Shown piece after piece: positions 45,748 to 54,518 of a stretch of 64,000 nucleotides of DNA. Origin of the DNA: an uncultured Gammaproteobacteria bacterium (lineage in GTDB: Bacteria; Patescibacteriota; Microgenomatia; Levybacterales; UBA12049); NCBI GenBank assembly GCA_965230895.1, contig OZ246394.1:249316-313315 (forward strand), read 5' to 3'. The stretch's first letter is position 1; the number at the start of each line of letters is the position of its first letter. The notes beneath the pieces were generated by a model. That model did no database searches, had not been told where the DNA came from, and saw nothing but the letters and a program-made list of their open reading frames with translations. A program made the position numbers and the translations under genes.

Positions 45748-46989
45748 ATGCAAAAGAAACGTCTAGCAGTAATCCTCTATCATACTTGTCCGCTTTCAGA
45801 TGAAGTAGATGCCGAAATTGGTGGAGCAAATACGTATGTTCTCGAGCTTTCAAAGTCTCTGGCAAAGAAAGGAAAGGTACTTGATGTGTATACTCGTTTG
45901 CAGGATCCAAAAAGTGAACGAATTGTCCAAGTTAGCCCAAATCTTCGAGTCATTCATTTGCCTGCTGGACCATTAAAGAAACTTCATAAGAAAGAACAAG
46001 AGCAATACATACCTGATTTTCTCGATAATTTTTATACTTTTGTCGAAAAAGAAGAACTCGAATATTCCATAGTAAGTTGTCATTATTATTTGTCGGGCAT
46101 TGCAGGATTGGATATCAAAAAAAAGCTTGGTATTCCTATGATCATGACCTTCCATACATTGGGACTTATGAAGAATCTTGTTGCTCGAAGCGATGATGAG
46201 CGTGAAAGTATTGAGCGTATCCAGACCGAATTACAATTGGTTAAAGAATCAGATCAGATTATTGCAACGAGTGAGACTGATTCTGAATATATAGAAGCAC
46301 TTTATAGTGGCGATTCGAAAAAGATTAGTATTCTAATCCCCGGAGTAAATTTAACCTTGTTTAAACCATTAGACAAATTAAAAGCAAAAAAAGCTATTGG
46401 AGCAGAATCTGAACATAAGATTATTCTTTTTGTTGGTCGCATAGAACCTTTAAAGGGAATCGATGTACTTCTCTACTCACTTAAAATTATTCTTAATGAA
46501 TATCCTGATTTCAAGCTTTGTGTTTGGATTGTCGGTGGAGATGTTTCAAAGCCTGCTGATAACTGGTCGAAAGAATTGAAAAAGTTGAATGAGGTACGCA
46601 AGATTCTGTCTATTGATACTGCTGTAAAGTTTGTCGGGCGGAAAGAGCCATCTGAACTTCCTGCTTATTACAATGCATCCGAGGTGTTAGTACTACCTTC
46701 GCATTACGAGTCATTTGGTATTACGGCTGTTGAAGCTATGGCCTGTGGTGTGCCAGTAATTACTACCGATGTTGCTGGAGTTTCAGATCTTCTTGACCAT
46801 AAACATGATCAGTTGATCACATCAGCAAATAATCCTGTTTTGCTTGCAGATAAGATTAAATCTGTACTTTGCGATAAAAAAGAATATGCAAAATTGAGTA
46901 GTGAATTGCCTCAACGAGTAAAAGATTTAAGCTGGGATGATGCAGCGGATCGGTTTATGAAGCTCTGTCTAGCGTGTGCAAAGACTTAA
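45748..46989 (+). CDS. mshA: GT4 glycosyltransferase, MshA-like
   Basis: HTCPL...GGANTYV, DVYTR, HYYLSG, TFHTLG..KN, FVGRIEPLKG, ESFGITAVEAMACG; start revised to 45748. Confidence 0.75.
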   Translation: MQKKRLAVILYHTCPLSDEVDAEIGGANTYVLELSKSLAKKGKVLDVYTRLQDPKSERIVQVSPNLRVIHLPAGPLKKLHKKEQEQYIPDFLDNFYTFVEKEELEYSIVSCHYYLSGIAGLDIKKKLGIPMIMTFHTLGLMKNLVARSDDERESIERIQTELQLVKESDQIIATSETDSEYIEALYSGDSKKISILIPGVNLTLFKPLDKLKAKKAIGAESEHKIILFVGRIEPLKGIDVLLYSLKIILNEYPDFKLCVWIVGGDVSKPADNWSKELKKLNEVRKILSIDTAVKFVGRKEPSELPAYYNASEVLVLPSHYESFGITAVEAMACGVPVITTDVAGVSDLLDHKHDQLITSANNPVLLADKIKSVLCDKKEYAKLSSELPQRVKDLSWDDAADRFMKLCLACAKT

Positions 46990-47219
46990 GAATGAGCAGT
47001 ACAGAATTTAAACTTATGATATGCAGATTGATTCGTTTCTGTGAAGCATGAGGCTACCCTTTCCAATCCTCTCTCTTGAACCGCAAACGTTAGAGCTTGA
47101 AGTCCATAAAGTGAAAAGGTAACCATGACAATAATCAGGATTTTATTCCAATATGGCTCAAACGATTCTATCTCGGCAGGAGCAGGATCTGGAAAGATCT
47201 GCTTTGATCTTTTGGGCAT
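46986..47219 (-). CDS. Small single-TM protein
   Basis: TTGACA-17-GATACT-7-ATG; TM then C-x14-C. Confidence 0.65.
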   Translation of the reverse strand: MPKRSKQIFPDPAPAEIESFEPYWNKILIIVMVTFSLYGLQALTFAVQERGLERVASCFTETNQSAYHKFKFCTAHS

Positions 47220-47266
47220 TATAATTAGTATCGAGAATTACGTGGAAGATGTCAATATTTTGAGGT

Positions 47267-47569
47267 TTAGTTGAGGATGCCTTGCATTGCGTGAGCTTCA
47301 GGAATGAGGTTATCTATAAAACTTACTGTTTTTGTTCTTGTTTTGAGTTCAGAACATGCAGTAAGACTCATACTTGTGGTTTGATTATTTAGGTTATTAC
47401 AATTGGTAAATGCAGGAGCATCTGCTGCAGTAGCTTTTGCCACAAAACTTTGCGTACCATATCCTAGGAACGTGATGATCACGATACCGATCATTGCGGA
47501 AATGTATGGGGTAAATGAATCACTTGCACGGTAATTTTTGTAATCCGTGTATCTTTTTATTCCTGCCAT
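47267..47569 (-). CDS. Small single-TM protein
   Basis: TTGACT-17-CATAAT upstream; TM then C-x15-C. Confidence 0.65.
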   Translation of the reverse strand: MAGIKRYTDYKNYRASDSFTPYISAMIGIVIITFLGYGTQSFVAKATAADAPAFTNCNNLNNQTTSMSLTACSELKTRTKTVSFIDNLIPEAHAMQGILN

Positions 47570-47671
47570 AGAATGTGATCATTATGCAATGCATAGCTGG
47601 TAAAGTCAACATATTATAGTAAGTTATTACAATAGTATTGAGAGTAAGTAATTTACTCTTATATGAATAGA

Positions 47672-48103
47672 CTATTCGTCAGAGAGGTCAAAAAGTTTTA
47701 GCCCAATTTCTTCACTCATTGATTTGGTAAATTCAGTTGGAAGAACTTCAATTTTAATTTCCATAGTTGCAGACACCGTTCCATGGACCAGATGTCCAGA
47801 AAGTGCTTGCATATTTTCATCACCCAATGTTATATGTGGATGAAGAAGTGGTTTCCCTTCAAAAAGTGCAATATTGCCTGTGAAGTTTGTCACTTCAAAA
47901 ATCCCCTCAATCTTTTTCTCACTATACTTTTTATTATCTACTTTGTAGTGTGCAAGAGTTGGATTGTCGATTGATCCAAGTCCGGTAAGCCATGCGTTTT
48001 TAATCCCATGTTTTTCGCAAAAAGAAGTAAGCGTTGAAACAACTTCCTCTTCCCTTTCGAGACGTAAAATATATTGATTATCTGAGATCTTTCCAATTTT
48101 CAT
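47672..48103 (-). CDS. PPC/DUF296 domain protein
   Basis: LRLEREEE...GLGS...GNI...HPHITLG...GHL. Confidence 0.88.
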   Translation of the reverse strand: MKIGKISDNQYILRLEREEEVVSTLTSFCEKHGIKNAWLTGLGSIDNPTLAHYKVDNKKYSEKKIEGIFEVTNFTGNIALFEGKPLLHPHITLGDENMQALSGHLVHGTVSATMEIKIEVLPTEFTKSMSEEIGLKLFDLSDE

Positions 48104-48106
48104 AGA

Positions 48107-48361
48107 TTATTTTTTTAACGCAACTTCAATATCCATTTCAACTTCCTCAAGCCTTTTCTTTACAAGGTCTTTCGTGTCATCGACTCCCTTATTGTAAAGG
48201 TTTGCTCCAATATTTTGAAGGAACATATCAAGTAAGTTCTCTGCCGCAATAACTCCAATTTCTTCCCCGTGTTCTGTACTATAAAAATCGATAATGTCAT
48301 TAATAGCCTTTTGCTTTTGTTCTGGAGTAAGTATATCCCAACTTCTTTTTACATCTGTCAT
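48107..48361 (-). CDS. DUF2164-like protein
   Basis: EEIGVIAAENLLDMF...YNKGVDD. Confidence 0.78.
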   Translation of the reverse strand: MTDVKRSWDILTPEQKQKAINDIIDFYSTEHGEEIGVIAAENLLDMFLQNIGANLYNKGVDDTKDLVKKRLEEVEMDIEVALKK

Positions 48362-48395
48362 TGTTGCATTACTGTACAACTTCAGATTATTTCTG

Positions 48396-48938
48396 TCAAT
48401 GGAAATATGTTGTAGCTAAAATGACTATGAAGAATATAGCGTAATAAGCAATTTGTAAAAGTAAAGCATATTTGTAACCTTTCTGGTTCCTCAAAGCTAC
48501 GATAAGCAGCATTACCATACTAAAGAATGATAGCCAACATAGCATCCGTAGAAATTCAGATAGATGAGAAGAAGTCCCTATGATAACTACAAGTGGAAGG
48601 AGCGTAACTGCGGATATACTAGTTAAAATCCTATGAATCAAAGTTTTTCTGCCACCTTCTTCTGGTACAAATGTACAAAGGATTTGGAATAACATCGAAA
48701 TTGAAGCAATCCATAAAAAAATGTTTGGAAGATTTTTTGCTGGGACAAACCATTGCATAAAAAAGAACATAAGAAGCGGTAAGGTTAGTAAAAATAAAGA
48801 AGCGTAATATATTTTTGACCAACGATTTGTAGCAGCATGCTGGCTAAATGTCATGTGTAATCCACCTTTCCATTTTGTGACGGTAAAAAGAAGCCCTGCT
48901 ATAAGCATTAAGATGATATAGAGGATGAGATGCTGCAT
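48396..48938 (-). CDS. Multi-pass membrane protein
   Basis: About six hydrophobic helices. Confidence 0.7.
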   Translation of the reverse strand: MQHLILYIILMLIAGLLFTVTKWKGGLHMTFSQHAATNRWSKIYYASLFLLTLPLLMFFFMQWFVPAKNLPNIFLWIASISMLFQILCTFVPEEGGRKTLIHRILTSISAVTLLPLVVIIGTSSHLSEFLRMLCWLSFFSMVMLLIVALRNQKGYKYALLLQIAYYAIFFIVILATTYFH

Positions 48939-48978
48939 TTGTTAATTACAAAAAAAGCTCCTCTCGGAGCTTACACTG

Positions 48979-49050
48979 AGCGGGTGATGGGAATCGAACC
49001 CACTACATTCTCCTTGGCAAGGAGACATTCTACCGATGAACTACACCCGC
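48979..49050 (-). tRNA. tRNA-Gly(GCC)
   Basis: GCGGGTGTAGTTCATCGGTAGAAT-G-TCTCC-TTGCCAA-GGAGA...GGTTCGATTCC...CACCCGCT. Confidence 0.95.
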
Positions 49051-49114
49051 GATACAGAGAATTATACCAAAATCCCCCTTTTTCCTCAACTCATCACAAA
49101 ATATCAATACCATT

Positions 49115-49615
49115 TCATATTTTGCTATATGTATAAACTCCGTAAGTCTGAATACTTTTAGTTTGCGGGAGATTAAAAACAGATATAAATTTATAAATGT
49201 TTGTAGGAAAGTCTCTAGTATTTTTGGTAAACAAAAAAAGATTATCAGGATATTGCATAAGTACCCCTCCAAGGATAAGATCTGTCATGTCTATTCCTTT
49301 ACCATCGATACCAAACTTTTGAATCAATGTGTAAATATTCTCATACGTATCTTTCGTTATTGATAAATAAGCATCAATAATCCCCTTAAGTATCTCCATT
49401 TTTTCATTATATTTGATTTCATCCGTTGCTCCTTATAAAAACTCAAAAGCTACTGGATCAATACTAGTAATGATTGTTCCATTTGCTTTTAACTCTTTAA
49501 AAAAAGTTATAAAAGCTGTAGGTTTCGTCAAGTAATCAATAAAGATATTGGTATCTAAAATAATATGTTTATCTTTTAAGAGAGGTAATAAATCAGATGG
49601 TTTTACTAAGTCCAT
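49115..49615 (-). pseudogene. PIN-domain (VapC-like) gene with in-frame TAA at 49433-49435
   Basis: IILDTNIFID...AFEFL*GATDEIKYNEKMEIL...MTDLILGG...TKNTRDF, all one frame. Confidence 0.8.
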
Positions 49616-49751
49616 ACTTTTCGTTCTGTTCCTTTAAATATTTGTTTTCTTCCTCAAAATACTTCTTTACTTTTTTAGCTAAAATCTCAAGTTTTTTTGT
49701 ATCTAGTGTTTTCTTCTTTTCAATTGTAGGTAACTGGGGCTGTTTATTCAT
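49593..49751 (-). CDS. Small basic protein, possible antitoxin
   Basis: MNKQPQLPT...; overlaps PIN gene start. Confidence 0.5.
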   Translation of the reverse strand: MNKQPQLPTIEKKKTLDTKKLEILAKKVKKYFEEENKYLKEQNEKYGLSKTI

Positions 49752-49783
49752 AATAATATTATTGTATAGAAGTAATCTAATAA

Positions 49784-51202
49784 TCAAGTAAGAATAGGTT
49801 TCAAATTTCCCCATTCCTTTCCTACTTTCACATCAACTGTGGTCGGGACAGAGAGTGGATAGACTGAAGTCATCACGTTTTGAATTTCTTTTATAATTCC
49901 TGATTCAACTTCTTCATCAGGAATTTCAAATACTAAATCATCATGGATCGTCAGAAGCAATGCGACTTCAGGGTGTTTGGTTAAAATTTCTTTGTGCACA
50001 TCGACCATTACCTTTTTCATAAAATCAGCAGCAGCTCCTTGAATCGGATAATTCATCAGAACTCTTCGCATACTGTTATCGATGAATTTTCGCTTTGGAT
50101 CCTCAAAAACATATCTTCTCCGTCCAAGAATCGTCTCGACTGTCCCATGGATTTTTGCGTTCTTGAGATAGTCATCGTAAAAGGTTTTGATGCTAGGATA
50201 TGATCCGTAAAATTGTTTGATGAATTGGTCAGCTGCTTCTTGAGGGATATTTAATCCAGCACTCATACCATAACTACTCATCCCGTAAACAATGCCGAAG
50301 TTAATAGTCTTGCCTATATGTCTTTGATCTTTTGTGACTTTATCATAATCAACTTCAAATAACTTGCTTGCTGTTATCTTGTGTACATCCTGATTTTTTG
50401 AGAAAGCTTCATTGAGTGCTTTCTCTCCGGTCAAATGAGCAAGAATTCGGAGCTCTTGTTGTGAGTAATCAAAGGAAACAAATGTGTGACCGGGTTTTGC
50501 TATGAAGCATGATTTAATCTCTTGTCCCATTTCTGAAGTCACGGGAATGTTTTGCAAATTCGGATTAAGTGAAGCGAGTCTTCCTGTGTTTACCATGACT
50601 TGATTGTATGTGGTGTGTACCAATCCGTTTTCATCAACTTTTTGAATCAAACTTTCGACATATGTCGATCGGAGTTTGCTCAATTCTCGATGCTTCAATA
50701 AGTTATGAATGATATCGAACTGATCAGCGAATTTTGAAAGCTCTGCTTCATTGGTGGCGTATTTTCCTGTTTTGGTTAAGCTTAGTGGTACACCCATTTT
50801 TTCAGCGAGGAATGTCCCAAGTTGCAGTGGAGATTTGAGATTAATTCCCCCGCCTGTTTCTTTGGCAATTTCTTCTTCGAGTTCTATCAAAAGCCTATCG
50901 ATCTTTTCTCCAACCGATGTAAGTTTCTCGACATTCAAAATAATGCCATGCTTTTCCATGTTACGAAGCACTTTTGCCAATGGTAATTCTATTTCAAAAT
51001 ATAATTTCTTAAGCTTTGGATAGTCTTTCAATTTTTCTTGCTGCTTCTTGGCTAATTCTTCAAGATCCTTTGCTCCATATTTCTTTAATGTCTCTTCTTC
51101 GGATTTGAGTCCTCGCCCTTCGAGGAGTAATGCTTCAGCGATGTAGCAGTCGAAGACCTCATCAAATGTTTCAGCAGTTTTACAATCCCATATTGCTTTC
51201 AT
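49784..51202 (-). CDS. polA: Family A DNA polymerase, polymerase domain only
   Basis: TGRLASLNPNLQNIP, DYSQQELRILAH, KTINFGIVYG, NYPIQG, IHDDL; 472 aa. Confidence 0.92.
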   Translation of the reverse strand: MKAIWDCKTAETFDEVFDCYIAEALLLEGRGLKSEEETLKKYGAKDLEELAKKQQEKLKDYPKLKKLYFEIELPLAKVLRNMEKHGIILNVEKLTSVGEKIDRLLIELEEEIAKETGGGINLKSPLQLGTFLAEKMGVPLSLTKTGKYATNEAELSKFADQFDIIHNLLKHRELSKLRSTYVESLIQKVDENGLVHTTYNQVMVNTGRLASLNPNLQNIPVTSEMGQEIKSCFIAKPGHTFVSFDYSQQELRILAHLTGEKALNEAFSKNQDVHKITASKLFEVDYDKVTKDQRHIGKTINFGIVYGMSSYGMSAGLNIPQEAADQFIKQFYGSYPSIKTFYDDYLKNAKIHGTVETILGRRRYVFEDPKRKFIDNSMRRVLMNYPIQGAAADFMKKVMVDVHKEILTKHPEVALLLTIHDDLVFEIPDEEVESGIIKEIQNVMTSVYPLSVPTTVDVKVGKEWGNLKPILT

Positions 51203-51289
51203 GAGGTTATTATAGCGTATATTGTCTAGTAATTTTTCTTACCAAACTCTGCATTGAATTGTAGGGTGAGACTTGGTATTGTTTAACTA

Positions 51290-51703
51290 GTGAACTCTCT
51301 GTTTTACATAAAGCTTTTTCTCGCAACATTTATTGTTTTTCTGGCTGTTGATTTCGTCTGGTTAAGTTTTGTTGCAACGAGTTATTACAAAGAGCAAATC
51401 GGTTTTCTCCTCTCAACACAGCCAAATATCCTTGCTGCAGGTGTTTTCTATGCAGTTTATGTCATTGGATTACTTTATTTTGTCGTCCTACCGGCATTGA
51501 AAGTCAAAAAAAGTCATGCAGGCATTGTAGGGTTTGCCGGTGTTTTCTTCGGGTTTGTTGCTTATGGAACGTACGAACTTACTAACTTTGCGACTGTAGC
51601 AAATTGGCCGTTTGAGCTTGTTGTAGTGGATCTTATTTGGGGGACTGTTTTGACTGCCGTAACTGCCTGGGCTGGCTTTATCGTCGGGAGAAAATTACTC
51701 TAA
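51290..51703 (+). CDS. DUF2177-like membrane protein
   Basis: DFVWL...YGTYELTNFA...W...VDLIWG. Confidence 0.82.
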   Translation: MNSLFYIKLFLATFIVFLAVDFVWLSFVATSYYKEQIGFLLSTQPNILAAGVFYAVYVIGLLYFVVLPALKVKKSHAGIVGFAGVFFGFVAYGTYELTNFATVANWPFELVVVDLIWGTVLTAVTAWAGFIVGRKLL

Positions 51704-52485
51704 TGGAATTTCTATCTACTTTTGGCTTCGCTGCTCTTATCGTTTTTGTCTTTATGACATTGGCTTTTGCTATTTCTGTCATCCGCAAGAGAAATGATTT
51801 CGCTGATACTGCTTGGGGAATTGGATTTATTGTTGTCGCTGTTTCTACACTTCTTCTCAGTGGCTCTTATTATGAAAAGCAATTGCTCGTGACCGGATTA
51901 GTCACTCTTTGGGGGCTTCGTTTGGCGGGACACATCTATCTCCGTAATCGTGGACGAAAAGAAGATCATCGCTATGAAGAATTGAAAAAGAACTGGAAGG
52001 GAAATTTCTACGTCCAATCCTATCTCAATGTCTTCCTCGCTCAGGGTTTATTATTACTTTTAATAAGTACTCCTGTCATCTTTATTAATTCAAGCACAGA
52101 AGCAGGTTTCCAACTTCTTGATGGAATAGCTTTGGTAATCTGGTTTATTGGATTTTACTTCGAAGCAAATGGTGATTATGAACTGTCGGAGTTTATCAAA
52201 AATCCTGATAATAAGGGTCATGTTATGCAAGATGGTTTATGGAAGTATACAAGGCATCCAAATTACTTTGGTGAAGTGATGCAATGGTGGGGAATTTTTC
52301 TGATTGCAGCAAGTTTGCCAAATGGTATTTTTACTATCATTGGACCTTTGGTTATTACAATCTTAATTACAAAAGTTTCAGGTATTCCACTTCTCGAGAA
52401 GAAATATGCTGGCCGACCTGAATGGGAAGCATATAAGAGAAAGACAAGCGTATTCTTTCCTTTCCCTCCAAAGAGTGAACGTTAA
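51703..52485 (+). CDS. DUF1295 (steroid 5-alpha reductase-like) membrane protein
   Basis: DTAWG, WGLRL, EDHRY, GLWKYTRHPNYFGE; TAATG coupling sets start at 51703. Confidence 0.88.
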   Translation: MEFLSTFGFAALIVFVFMTLAFAISVIRKRNDFADTAWGIGFIVVAVSTLLLSGSYYEKQLLVTGLVTLWGLRLAGHIYLRNRGRKEDHRYEELKKNWKGNFYVQSYLNVFLAQGLLLLLISTPVIFINSSTEAGFQLLDGIALVIWFIGFYFEANGDYELSEFIKNPDNKGHVMQDGLWKYTRHPNYFGEVMQWWGIFLIAASLPNGIFTIIGPLVITILITKVSGIPLLEKKYAGRPEWEAYKRKTSVFFPFPPKSER

Positions 52486-52934
52486 GCGACTTTCACAAGC
52501 GTATACTTTACAGTTCCTGATGGGATTACTAATTCGACTTCGTCACCCTGTTTCTTTCCTTCAACAGCTTTACCAATTGGAGAGAGTAATGATAGTTTGC
52601 CTTCGCTGGGATTTGCTTCGAGATCACCGACCATTTGGTAGGTCATCTCACGAGTTTCATTCTTCAAGGTAATTGTATTTCCAATTCCTACTCCATCGGC
52701 TTTATTATCGTCAACAATTTGTGCAACCTTCATGTAATATTTGATTCGCATTATTCTGGAATCAATTGAACGAAGCTTTTGTTTGGAAGCTTGATAATAT
52801 CCATTCTCTTTCAGATCTCCAAGTTCACGTGCTTTTTGGACATCTTCAATGACTCCGGGACGTTCTGCATTTAAATCATCCAATTCTTTCTTGAGGTCGT
52901 CAAATCCTTTTTGTGTAAAACGTATCTTATCCAT
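52482..52934 (-). CDS. greA: Transcription elongation factor GreA/GreB
   Basis: ARELGDLKENGYY, LSLLSPIGKAVEGK. Confidence 0.9.
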   Translation of the reverse strand: MDKIRFTQKGFDDLKKELDDLNAERPGVIEDVQKARELGDLKENGYYQASKQKLRSIDSRIMRIKYYMKVAQIVDDNKADGVGIGNTITLKNETREMTYQMVGDLEANPSEGKLSLLSPIGKAVEGKKQGDEVELVIPSGTVKYTLVKVA

Positions 52935-52955
52935 GAATGTATTATACTATAAAGC

Positions 52956-53207
52956 ATGAGTTACTTTGTTTACATATTACAATGTGCTGATGGGACGTAC
53001 TATACAGGCAGTACCAACGACGTTGAGAAAAGAGTTCTCACACATAATACGAGTAAAACCGGTGCGAAATATACAAAGTCCCGAAGACCTGTGAGACTTG
53101 TTTATCAGGAAGAACTTGAAGATAAAGGAAAAGCTTTAACGAGAGAAAATGAGATTAAACGATTGAGTAGAGCAGAGAAAATCCGATTGGTACATTTGAT
53201 AAAATGA
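52956..53207 (+). CDS. GIY-YIG nuclease (UPF0213)
   Basis: FVYILQCADGTYYTGST...GAKYT..RRPV...E..IK. Confidence 0.92.
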   Translation: MSYFVYILQCADGTYYTGSTNDVEKRVLTHNTSKTGAKYTKSRRPVRLVYQEELEDKGKALTRENEIKRLSRAEKIRLVHLIK

Positions 53208-53211
53208 TTGT

Positions 53212-53574
53212 GTGATTATATTTATTTTAAATTTTCCTTATACGTTTTTTGGTCTTATATTAGGATTAATATCAATCCCGACATCTGTAGGCATTCATAA
53301 AAAGCCTTTTGCAATCATAATATATATTAAGAGCTTTTGGTGGAGCTTCATGAGAGGATCGAGAGCAAAGACCTGTGGGAATGTCGTTCTATTAAGTAAT
53401 AGAATTTTAAAGAATGATTTAGAGCATGAGTTAATTCATGTTCAGCAGGCTGAACGATATCCATTTATCTTCCCTTTTCTTTATTATAATGAGTTCTTAT
53501 TTAAGGGCTATAAATCAAATAAATTTGAAGAAGAAGCTCATAACTCGTCTAATAGTACCTATAAAGATAATTAA
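53212..53574 (+). CDS. Membrane-anchored HEXXH protein
   Basis: EHELIHVQQ...NKFEEEA. Confidence 0.65.
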   Translation: MIIFILNFPYTFFGLILGLISIPTSVGIHKKPFAIIIYIKSFWWSFMRGSRAKTCGNVVLLSNRILKNDLEHELIHVQQAERYPFIFPFLYYNEFLFKGYKSNKFEEEAHNSSNSTYKDN

Positions 53575-53621
53575 AGGTACTTTCTTACATACCTCTTAAG
53601 CTCTACTGTTATCATAGCTGG

Positions 53622-53957
53622 ATGGGAGTTCATAAGCCGAAACCATTATTACGCCGTTTAAGTTTCTTATATAAGGTCGTTAGCCATCCGTATAGCTTCC
53701 TCTTTATTTTTGCATCAATTATTGGATGGTTTATTTTTGGCTATATGCTTCATTTCGAAGAAGCTTGGTACAAATGGTTCCATGTCTACGAAATGGTTAT
53801 TACGCTAATCATGGTTTTTTTGATCGAAAATTCAACACATGCTGACAATAGAGCAATGCAAGAAAAATTAGATGAAATCATTCGCGCGTTACCAAAAGCG
53901 AGTGACAAGAAAATTGGATTAGAAAAAAAATTAAAGGGTGAAAAGATTCAGTTTTAA
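53622..53957 (+). CDS. Low-affinity iron permease (Fet4-like) small membrane protein
   Basis: ITLIMVFLIEN...DNRAMQEKLDEII. Confidence 0.75.
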   Translation: MGVHKPKPLLRRLSFLYKVVSHPYSFLFIFASIIGWFIFGYMLHFEEAWYKWFHVYEMVITLIMVFLIENSTHADNRAMQEKLDEIIRALPKASDKKIGLEKKLKGEKIQF

Positions 53958-53963
53958 TCAGAT

Positions 53964-53991
53964 CCTTCGACTGCACTTCGTTTCGCTCAGG
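53964..53991. repeat. REP-like unit
   Basis: CCTTCGACTGCACTTCGTTTCGCTCAGG, reverse complement of the 3308-3333 unit with two indels. Confidence 0.75.
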
Positions 53992-54002
53992 ATAAAAATT
54001 AC

Positions 54003-54473
54003 TTAGGCTACTTTAGTTCGGTTGTAGAGTCCGATTAATTCAGCTTTATCTATAATATGACCATCCATCGCATCAATAACTGATTGTTTCGTTACCTCAT
54101 TTGGGTCAGGGAATTCGATCATTGTATCGAGCGCAAAGAGCTTGAAGAAATATCGATGTTCGCGATCTGGTGGACATGCTCCAGCATATGCATGTTTATT
54201 GGCAGAATTTAAACCTACTGCTCCTGGAGGGGCGATCGTATTTTCATCAATATCTGTTACAGTTGGATCAATATTATAAATGACCCAATGATCAAAGACA
54301 CCATCTGGTTTTAAATTCTTTGGAACATCTGGATCATCCATAAGTAGTACCAAACTTTGTGCTTCTTTCGGGATGTCACTAAATTTTAAAGGAGGATTTA
54401 CATTGTCACCGTCACATGTATACTTACTTGGAATTGGCTGGTTATTTTCAAAAGTGGAGCTGGTTATCTGCAT
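54003..54473 (-). CDS. YbhB/YbcL (PEBP) family protein
   Basis: YTCDG.NVNPPL, DDPDVP, HWVIYNI, HRYFFKLFALD. Confidence 0.92.
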   Translation of the reverse strand: MQITSSTFENNQPIPSKYTCDGDNVNPPLKFSDIPKEAQSLVLLMDDPDVPKNLKPDGVFDHWVIYNIDPTVTDIDENTIAPPGAVGLNSANKHAYAGACPPDREHRYFFKLFALDTMIEFPDPNEVTKQSVIDAMDGHIIDKAELIGLYNRTKVA

Positions 54474-54518
54474 ATATAAATTGTACTGCTCGACTATGTA
54501 CTCTGTGTAAGAATCAAC

